This document shows, in pieces, positions 9,201 through 18,149 of a DNA stretch of 64,000 bases. Both the position numbers and the translations under genes were made by a program. Source of the stretch: an uncultured Acidimicrobiia bacterium (GTDB taxonomy: Bacteria > Actinomycetota > Acidimicrobiia > IMCC26256 > CAWATG01). A model generated the notes under the pieces. That model had not been told where the DNA came from. It did no database searches and saw only the letters and a program-made list of their open reading frames with translations. Location of the stretch: positions 175,282-239,281 of the forward strand of contig CAWATG010000015.1 in NCBI GenBank assembly GCA_963785035.1. The letters run 5' to 3'. Position 1 is the first letter of the stretch, and each line of letters begins with the position of its first letter.

Positions 9201-9946
9201 GTCGACCTCACGTAATGCCGACACGTTCGACTTGTTATGTCAGGAGATCGTCGCGTGTCGATCGTGTCCGCGGTTGGTCGCCTGGCGAGAGCAGGTCGCA
9301 CGCGAGCGCCGAGCAGCGTTTTCCGACCAGCAGTACTGGGGCCGTCCCGTCCCTGGCTTTGGTGACCGTCATGGTCGGCTGATGGTGTTGGGACTGGCGC
9401 CGGCTGCACACGGCGCCAATCGCACGGGGCGCATGTTCACCGGCGATCGGTCTGGCGACTGGCTCTACGCAGCGCTGAACCGAACCGGATTTGCCAATCA
9501 GGCAACATCGCTGGCTCGTGACGATGGTCTCGGCACTCGATGATGCCTTCGTATCGGCGAGCGTCCGATGTGCACCGCCGGCGAACAAGCCGTCGGTGCG
9601 TGAACGCGACGCGTGTCAGCCGTTCCTCGAACGGGAGTTGGCTTTGATGACCAACGTGCGCGTCATCGTCGCTCTTGGACAATTCGCGTTTGATGCGGCA
9701 CGCCGCGTTCTCGAACTCCAGGGACAGCTCTGGCCCAAGCCGCGACCGCGGTTCGGTCATGGGGTGGAAGTGAGCGTCGGACGCTATGCCGTGCTTGGCT
9801 CGTATCACCCGAGTCAGCAGAACACCTTCACCGGTAAGCTGACCGAGCAAATGTTCGACTCGGTGTTCGTCCGTGCGCGGGTGCTGCTTGCCCAGCACCC
9901 GCGTGCTCCTCAGAGGAACATCGATGTCAACTCTCCGCCCGCGTAG
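9199..9946 (+). pseudogene. uracil-DNA glycosylase, family 5 (UdgB-like), frameshifted
   Basis: [12 protein letters not shown] and [26 protein letters not shown] are in frame 1. [19 protein letters not shown]...LGSYHPSQQNTFTG are in frame 2. The junction is at the GG at 9532-9533 and looks like one extra nt. Confidence 0.8.
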
Positions 9947-10689
9947 ACACATGCCACGATCCCGAGGAGCGCGGCAACCTGCAGTCGCAGCGTTCGGTCG
10001 GTGGCGCGTAATGCCAGGTGCGCGCCGAGGCGAGCGCCTGGGATGACGGCGATCGAAAGCGGTATCGCGAAGGTCCAGTCGATGTCGCCGAGGGCCGTGT
10101 GGGTGATCGTTCCGGGGATCGCAAGCACGCCGACACAAGCCAACGAGGTCCCAATCGATTCCTTGAGTGGCATCCGGATCCATTGGGAGAACGCAGGGAC
10201 CAGGACGATGCCGCCACCGACCCCGAGAAGTCCGCTGAGCCCTCCGGCGCCGAGTCCGGCCACGAGGAGCTTCCACGTCGCAGGCGCCACGCACGATGGC
10301 GCCTGGCTGGTAGTGGCGGCACTTGCAGGGCCTGAAGGGTCGGGGTCGGTGAGCATCCTTCGTGCGGTGTAGCCGACGAGGAACGCGGTGATCAGCATCA
10401 GGATGTGTCCGTCGCCGGGTACCGCGTGGGAGAGCAAGGAGCCCCCGATTGCTGCGAGGACGCCGGAGATGCTGATCAGCGCAACGGTGCGCCAGACGAT
10501 GAGGCCACGGCGGTGGTAGGAGAGCGTCCCGCTCAGAGCGGAGGGGAGGATCGACGGCAGGGTCGAGCCGACGGCGTCGATCGGGCTGGCGCCCAGGGCT
10601 CGTATCGCCGGTGTGGAGATGACGGCGCCGCCGACGCCGACCATTCCTGACAGGGTCCCGGTCGCGAGCCCGGCGACGAGCGTCAGCAT
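9910..10689 (-). CDS. TauE/SafE family sulfite/anion exporter (membrane protein)
   Basis: A multi-TM protein with LSGMVGVGGAVISTPA and LSGLLGVGGGIVLVPA repeats. I prefer the ATG at 10689; the listed 10767 would overlap the dapA-family start. Confidence 0.75.
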   Translation of the reverse strand: MLTLVAGLATGTLSGMVGVGGAVISTPAIRALGASPIDAVGSTLPSILPSALSGTLSYHRRGLIVWRTVALISISGVLAAIGGSLLSHAVPGDGHILMLITAFLVGYTARRMLTDPDPSGPASAATTSQAPSCVAPATWKLLVAGLGAGGLSGLLGVGGGIVLVPAFSQWIRMPLKESIGTSLACVGVLAIPGTITHTALGDIDWTFAIPLSIAVIPGARLGAHLALRATDRTLRLQVAALLGIVACVYAGGELTSMFL

Positions 10690-10765
10690 GATTCGCACAA
10701 CGTCTGGCACGGCGCCCACGCTACCGGTGGGCCCATGGTCGTACGACACGGTTACCCTGGTAACC

Positions 10766-11662
10766 ATGACGAGTGATCTCGTGCTGCGCGGCGTTTACGT
10801 ACCGCTCATCACTCCCTTCGCGCATGATGGTTCGGTTGCGCTCGATGCGCTCGAAGGCTTGGCCCACTCCTACCTCGATGCAGGTGCGGTCGGTCTGGTG
10901 CCGCTGGGCACGACGGGGGAGTCGGCTGCACTGACATCCTCGGAGAAGCAAGCCGTGGTCGACGTATGCGATCGCGTGTGCTCGGAGCGAGGAGCGCCGA
11001 TGATCGTTGGCGCCGGTACCAACAACACGGCAACGACAGTTGCGGCAGTCGAGGCCCTTGCAGGTCTGCGCTCGGCGGTCGGAGCGCTGATCGTTGTGCC
11101 GTATTACGTGCGGCCGTCGGAGGCCGGCGTTGTCGCGCACTACAAGGCCGTGGCGAACGCCAGTCCCGTACCGATCGTCTTGTACAACATTCCGTACCGG
11201 ACTGGTCGCGGCCTTGGCGCCGCATCGATTCTCGAGCTTGCGAACACGGCGAATATCGCCGGCGTCAAACAGGCGGTCGGTGGCATCGACGCGGACACGC
11301 TCGAGGTCATTGCCAAGGCGCCGGTCGGGTTCTCGGTCCTGGGTGGCGAAGACCCCTTCTTGTTCCCGACGGTCGTCCTCGGTGGAACGGGAGCGATCGC
11401 TGCTTCGGCGCACGTCTGCACAAGGCGCTTTGTCGAGATGATCGAATGCGGTCTCGCCGGCAAGATCGACGATGGCCTCGCGCACCATCAGGCGCTGGCG
11501 CCGGTGATTCGTGCGTGCTTTGCCGAGCCGAACCCGGCCGTCTTCAAGGGCGTGCTGCACGCAATGGGCCGTATCCCTACGCCCGATCTGCGCCTGCCGC
11601 TCCTTGCCGCCGCTGAGAGCTCGATCGCCGTGGCGTTGGCCGCGATCGAGGCGGCGGGCTGA
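10766..11662 (+). CDS. 4-hydroxy-tetrahydrodipicolinate synthase (DapA) family lyase
   Basis: GVYVPLITPF...LVPLGTTGESAALTSSEK...YYVRPS...LYNIPYRTG...AGVKQAVGG are DapA/NAL-family motifs, including the Schiff-base Lys context. I cannot tell whether this is the true DapA or a paralogue. Confidence 0.8.
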   Translation: MTSDLVLRGVYVPLITPFAHDGSVALDALEGLAHSYLDAGAVGLVPLGTTGESAALTSSEKQAVVDVCDRVCSERGAPMIVGAGTNNTATTVAAVEALAGLRSAVGALIVVPYYVRPSEAGVVAHYKAVANASPVPIVLYNIPYRTGRGLGAASILELANTANIAGVKQAVGGIDADTLEVIAKAPVGFSVLGGEDPFLFPTVVLGGTGAIAASAHVCTRRFVEMIECGLAGKIDDGLAHHQALAPVIRACFAEPNPAVFKGVLHAMGRIPTPDLRLPLLAAAESSIAVALAAIEAAG

Positions 11663-11671
11663 CGCGTTTCA

Positions 11672-11690
11672 CGGCACGTCTGACGTGCCG
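11672..11690. terminator. small hairpin between convergent dapA-family and kgd genes
   Basis: cggcacg-tctga-cgtgccg forms a perfect 7-bp stem. There is no clear U-tract. Confidence 0.3.
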
Positions 11691-11712
11691 GATTGTCCGC
11701 GTCGCACGTGCA

Positions 11713-14700
11713 CTAGAGGCCCGCGAACGCCGCGTCGTAGAGGGCGGCCTGCTCGCGTTCGTGGACGGCAGCGCTACCTGTTGCAGGGCTGGGGCTCCCG
11801 GGGCGCGCCGTGCCTGACACGGTGATCGTCGACGGAACGATGTCGTGCAAGAACTCGACGGCGAAGTGGAACGCGCCCATGTTCTGCGGCTCTTCCTGTA
11901 CCCACATCGCTTGTTCCAACATGGGGTAGCGCTCGACGGTCGCAGCAAGTTCGGCCAACGGCGTCGGGTAGAGCTGTTCAACTCGCGCAATCGCTACGGG
12001 GAGATGAAGCTCGTCGCGTCGCGCGATCAGTTCATGTCCGATCTTGCCGGTGCAGAGAATCAGGCGCCGTACCGTTGCGGGATCCGCGCCGCGATCATCG
12101 AGCATGATCGGCTGGAATCCGCGATCGGTGAAGTCCGTGACGGCCGACGTCGCCGCCGGCATGCGCAGGTAACGCTTTGGTGTGAAGACCACGAGCGGCT
12201 TGCGGATCGGTTCGATGATCTGGCGTCGGAGTACGTGGAAGTACTGCGACGCGGTACTCGGGTAGACCACGCGGATGTTGTCGTCCGCGCAGAGGGTCAG
12301 GAAGCGCTCGAGACGTGCGCTCGAGTGTTCGGGACCCTGACCTTCGAAACCGTGCGGGAGGAGCATGGTCAGGCCACTGCGTTGGCCCCACTTGTCCTCG
12401 GCGGCGACGATGAACTGGTCGATGATCGTCTGTGCGCCGTTGGCGAAATCGCCGAACTGTGCTTCCCAGCAGACGAGCGCGTCGAGATCCGCAACGGAGT
12501 AGCCATACTCGAATCCGAGCGCGGCGAACTCGCTGAGGACCGAGTCGTAGACCATGAAAGGCGCTTGTTCATTGCCGAGGTGCTCGAGAGGGGCGTATTC
12601 GGCCTCGGTGTGGAAGTCCACCAGGGTCGAATGGCGTTGCGAGAACGTGCCGCGTCGTGTGTCCTGTCCGGCGAGTCGAACGGGTGTGCCATCGAGGAGC
12701 AGCGATCCGAATGCAAGAGCCTCGCCGGTTGCCCAATCGACTTGGTCTGCAAGGAAGGACGTCTTGCGCGCTTCGAGGATTCGCCGAAGTTTCGGGTGAA
12801 CCGTGAACCCGTCGGGAAACTCGACAAGCGTCTCGATGATCTGTTCCAGTTGCTCACGCGGCACTGCAGTATCCGCGCAGTGGAGCTTCGTGACGTTTAC
12901 GGGTGCCAGGTGTTGTCCGTCGGGAAAGCTGTCGATCCAGGGGACTGCCGGTGCGTCGTTATGTGTCGCGTCGAAGGCCTCTTGGAGCTTGCTGCGGTAG
13001 TCGTTGAGGGCGGCTTCGGCTTCCTCGAGTGTGATGTCGCCGCGGTTGACAAGTGACTCTGCATAAAGCTTGCGCACCGACCGGCGCTGGTCGATCAGTG
13101 CATACATGCGAGGTTGCGTGAAGGCCGGTTCGTCACCTTCGTTGTGGCCGTAGCGTCGATAGCAGACCATGTCGACGACGACGTCCTTCTTGAAACGTTG
13201 GCGAAATGCGTATGCCAATTGAATGACCCGCACTGCTGCTTCGGGGTCGTCGCCGTTGACATGAAAGATCGGCGCCTGGACAGCCTTCGCGATGTCGGTT
13301 GCATACACCGTCGAGCGTGCAAAATCCGGAGCCGTGGTGAAACCGAGTTGGTTGTTCACGACGATGTGGATGGTTCCGCCGACGTCGTAGCCTGAGATCT
13401 CTGACAGGTTCAGCGTCTCGGCGACGACGCCCTGGCCAGCGAAGGCCGCGTCGCCGTGTAGCAGTACCGGCAGGACGAGCTCGCGGTCGGTGTCGTCGAG
13501 TCGGTCTTGACGCGCGCGTGCCATTCCTTCTACGACGGGATCGACTGCCTCGAGATGGCTCGGGTTCGCTGCCAACGTGATTCGAATCGCGGATCCTTGT
13601 GGCGAGGTCCACGTGCCGGAGGCGCCGAGGTGGTACTTCACGTCGCCGCTGCCGGAGGGCACATCGGGATCCAGTTGGCCTTCGAACTCCCGAAATATCT
13701 GCGCATAAGACTTGCCGACGATGGTGGCCAGCACATTGAGCCGTCCACGGTGGGCCATGCCCATCATGACCTCGGTGGTTCCAGCAGTCGCTGCTGCGTC
13801 GAGCAGGAAATCCAGAAGCGGTACCAGCGTTTCGGAACCCTCGAGGCTGAAGCGCTTCTGTCCCACGTACTTGGTGTGCAAGAACCGCTCGAAGGCTTCG
13901 GCGTTGTTCAGCGCCAGCAGGATGCGCAGCTTCTCCTCGACGGTCACATCAGTGGTGACGCCTTCGACATGCTCTTGAATCCACGCCTTCTCGTCGTGCT
14001 CTTGGATGTGCATGTATTCGACGCCGATGGTTCGTGCGTAGGCATCGCGCAGGATGCCAAGGATCTCGCGCAGCGCCAAGCGATCGCGGCCCGCAAGCTG
14101 ATTCGTCGGGAATTCGCGGTCCAGGTCCCAGATCGTCAGTCCCCAGTGCATGGGGTCCAGTTCAGGATGGGTCTTCGGCTCCTTGCGAGCAAGGGGGTCG
14201 AGATCCGCGATGAGATGACCACGGACGCGATACATGTTGATGAGTTGGTGCACACGCAGAGTCTTTTCGGCCCAGCCGATGGAATCGCTGTCGGGGGCGT
14301 CGTCGCGACTCCATCGGGCCGGCTCATAGGGAACCGCAAAACTACGGAAGACATCGTCATAGAACTCGTCTTCACCCAGCAGGAGTCGGTGGACGAGCCC
14401 GAGGAATTCGCCACTCTCCGCGCCCTGGATTACGCGGTGGTCGTAGGTGCTGGTGAGCGTGACGACCTTGCTGATGCCGAGACGCGCGATCGTTTCGCGA
14501 TCAGCGCCTTCGTACTCAGGCGGGTAGGCAATCGACCCGACGCCGATTATCGCACCCTGGCCGGGCATCAGGCGCGGGACGGAGTGCATCGTCCCGATGG
14601 TTCCCGGATTCGTGAGCGATACGTTCGTGCCGGCGAAGTCGTCCGGTGTGATCTTGCCGACGCGCACCCGGCGAAGGAGATCCTGATACGCGGCATAGAA

Positions 14701-15339
14701 CTGCGCGAAGTCGAGCGTGTCACTGTTCTTGATGTTCGGCACGAGCAACGTGCGCGTTCCGTCGGACTTCTTTTGGTCGATCGCAAGGCCGAGGTTCACA
14801 TGCTGATTGCGGACGACCCCGGGTTTGCCATCGACTTCGACGTAGGTCGCGCCCATGGACCGGTGCTCCTTGAGGCTTCGCACCACGGCGTAGGCGATGA
14901 GGTGCGTGAAGGAGATCTTGCCGCGACCGGTGCGTGCCAAATGGTTGTTGAGGATCTGCCGGTTGATCTCGAGCAGCTTCGCGGGGACGGTTCGCACCGA
15001 GGTCGCGGTCGGTACGCCGAGACTGGCCTCCATGTTCTCAACGATCCGCGCCGCGGCGCCGCGCAACGGGACTGGGACCGGAACCTCAGACGGAGCAATG
15101 ACAGGGACGACCGGCGCCGCCGTGGGAGCAGGTGTCGACACCGGAGATATGGTGGCTGGCGCAACGATTGCGTTGTTGACGACCGTGCCGACGGGCGCGC
15201 CGGCGGGCACATAGTCGTCGAAGAACTCGCGCCAGCTCTCGGCAACGGACTCCGGCTTGTCCAAGTACTCCCGGTAGAGCTCTTCAATGAGGCCGGAGTT
15301 CGGTCCGAATTGCTCGAAGCGTGTTTCTGTCGGTGCCAT
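11713..15339 (-). CDS. kgd: multifunctional 2-oxoglutarate dehydrogenase/decarboxylase E1 (Kgd/SucA with N-terminal E2-like acyltransferase domain)
   Basis: An intact 1208-aa ORF. It has the actinobacterial architecture: an N-terminal region and Pro/Ala linker, an E2-like catalytic block (LTSTYDHRVIQGAESGEFL), then the ThDP-dependent E1 (RGHL.ADLDPL, GMAHRGRLNVL, EAQFGDFANGAQ). Confidence 0.95.
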   Translation of the reverse strand: MAPTETRFEQFGPNSGLIEELYREYLDKPESVAESWREFFDDYVPAGAPVGTVVNNAIVAPATISPVSTPAPTAAPVVPVIAPSEVPVPVPLRGAAARIVENMEASLGVPTATSVRTVPAKLLEINRQILNNHLARTGRGKISFTHLIAYAVVRSLKEHRSMGATYVEVDGKPGVVRNQHVNLGLAIDQKKSDGTRTLLVPNIKNSDTLDFAQFYAAYQDLLRRVRVGKITPDDFAGTNVSLTNPGTIGTMHSVPRLMPGQGAIIGVGSIAYPPEYEGADRETIARLGISKVVTLTSTYDHRVIQGAESGEFLGLVHRLLLGEDEFYDDVFRSFAVPYEPARWSRDDAPDSDSIGWAEKTLRVHQLINMYRVRGHLIADLDPLARKEPKTHPELDPMHWGLTIWDLDREFPTNQLAGRDRLALREILGILRDAYARTIGVEYMHIQEHDEKAWIQEHVEGVTTDVTVEEKLRILLALNNAEAFERFLHTKYVGQKRFSLEGSETLVPLLDFLLDAAATAGTTEVMMGMAHRGRLNVLATIVGKSYAQIFREFEGQLDPDVPSGSGDVKYHLGASGTWTSPQGSAIRITLAANPSHLEAVDPVVEGMARARQDRLDDTDRELVLPVLLHGDAAFAGQGVVAETLNLSEISGYDVGGTIHIVVNNQLGFTTAPDFARSTVYATDIAKAVQAPIFHVNGDDPEAAVRVIQLAYAFRQRFKKDVVVDMVCYRRYGHNEGDEPAFTQPRMYALIDQRRSVRKLYAESLVNRGDITLEEAEAALNDYRSKLQEAFDATHNDAPAVPWIDSFPDGQHLAPVNVTKLHCADTAVPREQLEQIIETLVEFPDGFTVHPKLRRILEARKTSFLADQVDWATGEALAFGSLLLDGTPVRLAGQDTRRGTFSQRHSTLVDFHTEAEYAPLEHLGNEQAPFMVYDSVLSEFAALGFEYGYSVADLDALVCWEAQFGDFANGAQTIIDQFIVAAEDKWGQRSGLTMLLPHGFEGQGPEHSSARLERFLTLCADDNIRVVYPSTASQYFHVLRRQIIEPIRKPLVVFTPKRYLRMPAATSAVTDFTDRGFQPIMLDDRGADPATVRRLILCTGKIGHELIARRDELHLPVAIARVEQLYPTPLAELAATVERYPMLEQAMWVQEEPQNMGAFHFAVEFLHDIVPSTITVSGTARPGSPSPATGSAAVHEREQAALYDAAFAGL

Positions 15340-15401
15340 GGCCAGTTCCGTTCTTCGTGGAGGTCGCAGACGCGGGCCGGCGCGGACCAGGGGAGTACTG
15401 C

Positions 15402-16767
15402 TTATCGGCGCAGGAGTTCCGCGATCTGAAAGGCTAAGTCGAGTGATTGACGAGCGTTGAGGCGCGGATCACACATCGTTTCATAGCGTTGTTCGAGTTG
15501 CTCGCCGAGCACTTCGTCGGTCCCACCGATGCATTCGGTGACGTTCTCACCGGTCAGCTCGACGTGGACACCACCCGGCCATACGTCCGCTGCTTCACAC
15601 GCGGCGAAGAATCCGCGAAGTTCACGCATGACTTCGGCGAAGTCGCGGGTCTTGTAACCCGTCTCATGTTGATACGTGTTGCCGTGCATGGGATCACACG
15701 TCCAGACGACGGGATGTCCGGCGCGTCGACTGCGTCGAGGAGTGGCGGAAGCGCATCCGCGATGTTCGACGCGCCCATCCGGGATACGAGCATGATGCGT
15801 CCGGCGCGTCGGGTCGGGTTGAGACGCTCGCAGATCGCGACCGCATCCTCGGGTGTGACCGAAGGGCCGAGCTTGATCCCGATCGGGTTCTCTACGCCCG
15901 AGAGGAACTCGATGTGCGCGCCATCGAGTTGGCGCGTGCGTTCACCGATCCAGAGCAGATGCGCGGAACAGTCGTACCAGTCGTCAGTGATGCTGTCCTT
16001 GCGTGTGAGCGCCTCTTCGTAGCCGAGGATGAGCGCCTCGTGTGAGGTGTAGAAGTCGACCTCCTGGAGCTGCAGCTCCGCGTGGAGGTCGATGCCGCAG
16101 GCCGACATGAAGCGCAGAGCGCGATCGATCTCCTCGAGCGAGCACTTCGTATCGCCGACCTTCACTGCTCGTCGCGACGAATTCCTGATTCCAGAGGTGG
16201 GCTTGGCTGAGTGCGGCGAATCCGCCCTTGGTGAACGCGCGCACGAGATTGAGCGTCGCCGCGGATTGGTGGTACGCGCGTACCAGGCGTGCTCGGGTCG
16301 GGTATGCGTGCCTCGAGATCGAAGGCGAAGTTGTTGACCATGTCACCGCGGAAGGACGGAAGTTCGATGCCCGCGCGCGTCTCGGTGTCAGAAGAGCGCG
16401 GTTTCGCGTACTGGCCGGCGATGCGGCCGATCTTCACGGTGGGCACTCCCGTGCTGTAACCGAGCACCACGGCCATCTGGAGAATGACCCGGAGTTTGTC
16501 GCGGATGGCGTTGGCCGAAAAGACGTCGAAGCTCTCGGCGCAGTCACCGGCTTGGAGCACGAAACCTTCGCCACGCGAAACCGCGGCGAGCGATTCGGTC
16601 AGTCCGCGTGCTTCCCCGGCGAACACGAGCGGAGGAAATCCCCTCAGTTCATCGAGGGATGCTTCCAACGCCTTCGGGTCGGGCCAGTTGGGCTGTTGCG
16701 ACGCGACCAGGCGGCGCCAGGAATCGGGTTCCCATGCGGGGGGCGTGCGCTCGCGGGGTGCGGCCAT
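15402..16767 (-). pseudogene. aroG: class II 3-deoxy-7-phosphoheptulonate (DAHP) synthase, split over four frames
   Basis: Ordered fragments match Mycobacterium AroG-type DAHPS. They are MAAPRER..QQPNWPD..AGDCAESF..IGRIAGQYAKPRS; then RLVRAYHQSAATLNLVRAF; then EIDRALRFMSACG..SHEALILGYE..WIGERTRQLDGAH; then GHPVVWTCDPMHGNTYQ. The frame changes lie at about 16287-16294, 16135-16141 and 15717-15724. Confidence 0.85.
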
Positions 16768-16792
16768 GGGCAATCGTCTGTTTCGTCGGCGG

Positions 16793-17290
16793 CTAGAGGT
16801 AGGGACCGTCGGGGCTTGCGCCGCGCGATGTCGCTTCGAGCTCCCGGCGCCGGCGCAACTCTTCGACCTGCATCTGCTGGCCACCGACCTGTTGCGCGAA
16901 GACGGTCGCTTGAATTCCGTGAAAGAGTCCTTCGAGCCAGCCGACCAGCTGCGCCTGCGCGATCCGCAGCTCTGATTCCGTCGGGGTGTCGCTCGTGAAC
17001 GGCAGCACCACATCGGCCAGCTCTTCGAGGAGATCCGGGGACATGACGCCTTGGAGCTCGGTGATGGATCGGTCATGGAGTTCCCGTAGGAGTCGCCGAC
17101 CAGCGTCGTCGAGCGGTGCGCGCCTGACCTCCTCGAGCATGTTGCGAACCATCGAGGCGATTCGAATGAGCTTTGCGGGGCGCGTGACGGACTCGGTCGG
17201 CGCTTCTTGCATGCCGCGACCATCGCTCGAAGCGGCCTCGAGGACCTCGGGCTGGACGGCTTCGCCGGGCGGAATTTCCTGCTCGTTCAT
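16793..17290 (-). CDS. bpa: bacterial proteasome activator Bpa/PafE
   Basis: The core AKLIRIASMVRNMLEEVRRAPLD...ELRIAQAQLVGWLEGLFHGIQATVFAQQ closely matches M. tuberculosis Bpa (Rv3780) as I recall it. The C-terminus ends in GPYL, against GQYL in Bpa. Confidence 0.85.
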   Translation of the reverse strand: MNEQEIPPGEAVQPEVLEAASSDGRGMQEAPTESVTRPAKLIRIASMVRNMLEEVRRAPLDDAGRRLLRELHDRSITELQGVMSPDLLEELADVVLPFTSDTPTESELRIAQAQLVGWLEGLFHGIQATVFAQQVGGQQMQVEELRRRRELEATSRGASPDGPYL

Positions 17291-17377
17291 CGCCTCTCAG
17301 GATAGGGCCTGGATCGGTCCGGACATCACTGGATGCGGTGGCTTGTTGTCACAGCCCCTGTTGATGGGCGACTTTCC

Positions 17378-18040
17378 CTAGCGGACGAGGCTCAGCACCA
17401 GGGCATAGTGGCACGCTCCGGCGCCGACGACCATCGTGTGCCACATCTCGTGGTAGCCGAAGACCCGAGGATTCGGATCGGGCCAATGCAGGCCGAACAT
17501 GGCCGCGCCCACCGTGTAGAGAACCCCGCCACTTGCCAGCAGGATCATCTGGGCACCGGTGAGGTTCTGCACCATCTGAGGAAGCGCGATGACGACGACC
17601 CACCCGAGCACCACATAGAGGGAGATACCGAGCTTGCGGAGTTGATCGTGTCGAAGGAGCGTGATCGTGACACCCACCATCGCGCCGGTCCAGACGAGCG
17701 AGAGCACCGTGACGGACCACGCGTTGCGCAGGGTAACGATCGTGATCGGGGTATAGGAACCCGCGATCAGGACGTAGATCATGGCGTGGTCGATGTTGCG
17801 CATGAGTGAATGTGCCCGCCCTGACCAACTACCCCGGTGGTAGGCGGCGCTCACTCCGTAGAGGCCCGTGAGGCTGACGGCGAAGATGGTCGCGGCGGCG
17901 TGGGCGCTTCCACTCCTGCTGTGGGCAATCAGGGTGATTCCGGCAGGAATCGAGACGAGGAACACCACCGCGTGAAGCCATCCCCTCAGGGTGGGCTTCG
18001 GCAATCGCGCCGCCTCGAGAACATTCACGTTGTTGATCAT
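17378..18040 (-). CDS. hemolysin III / PAQR family membrane protein
   Basis: A 7-TM-like protein with LRGWLH, AYHR and HEMWH motifs typical of hemolysin-III/YplQ. Confidence 0.85.
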   Translation of the reverse strand: MINNVNVLEAARLPKPTLRGWLHAVVFLVSIPAGITLIAHSRSGSAHAAATIFAVSLTGLYGVSAAYHRGSWSGRAHSLMRNIDHAMIYVLIAGSYTPITIVTLRNAWSVTVLSLVWTGAMVGVTITLLRHDQLRKLGISLYVVLGWVVVIALPQMVQNLTGAQMILLASGGVLYTVGAAMFGLHWPDPNPRVFGYHEMWHTMVVGAGACHYALVLSLVR

Positions 18041-18106
18041 ACGATGTGCTCATCGGCGAGGGTTATCGGCCCCTGAGGTACTGAACACTATTTATGCCGC
18101 GAGAGC

Positions 18107-18139
18107 GAAAAATGCCGCGCCGGGGGCGTCCGGTGCGGC
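18107..18139 (-). terminator. rho-independent terminator after the DNRLRE gene
   Basis: The minus-strand RNA reads GCCGCACCGG-ACGCCC-CCGGCGCGGC, a 10-bp stem with one A-C mismatch. It is followed by AUUUUUC and starts 11 nt after the stop at 18150. Confidence 0.55.
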
Positions 18140-18149
18140 CAAAAGCGGC

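Noticed and set aside
11845-15429. Long plus-strand ORFs (403 aa and 640 aa) opposite kgd. Similar antisense ORFs lie opposite lysA (24399-25853), glyA (61405-62382), wecA (62669-63667) and prfA (34781-35611).
   Set aside because: They have no family motifs. Their composition is Arg/Gly/Asp-rich, typical of antisense frames of high-GC genes. The sense-strand genes are unambiguous.
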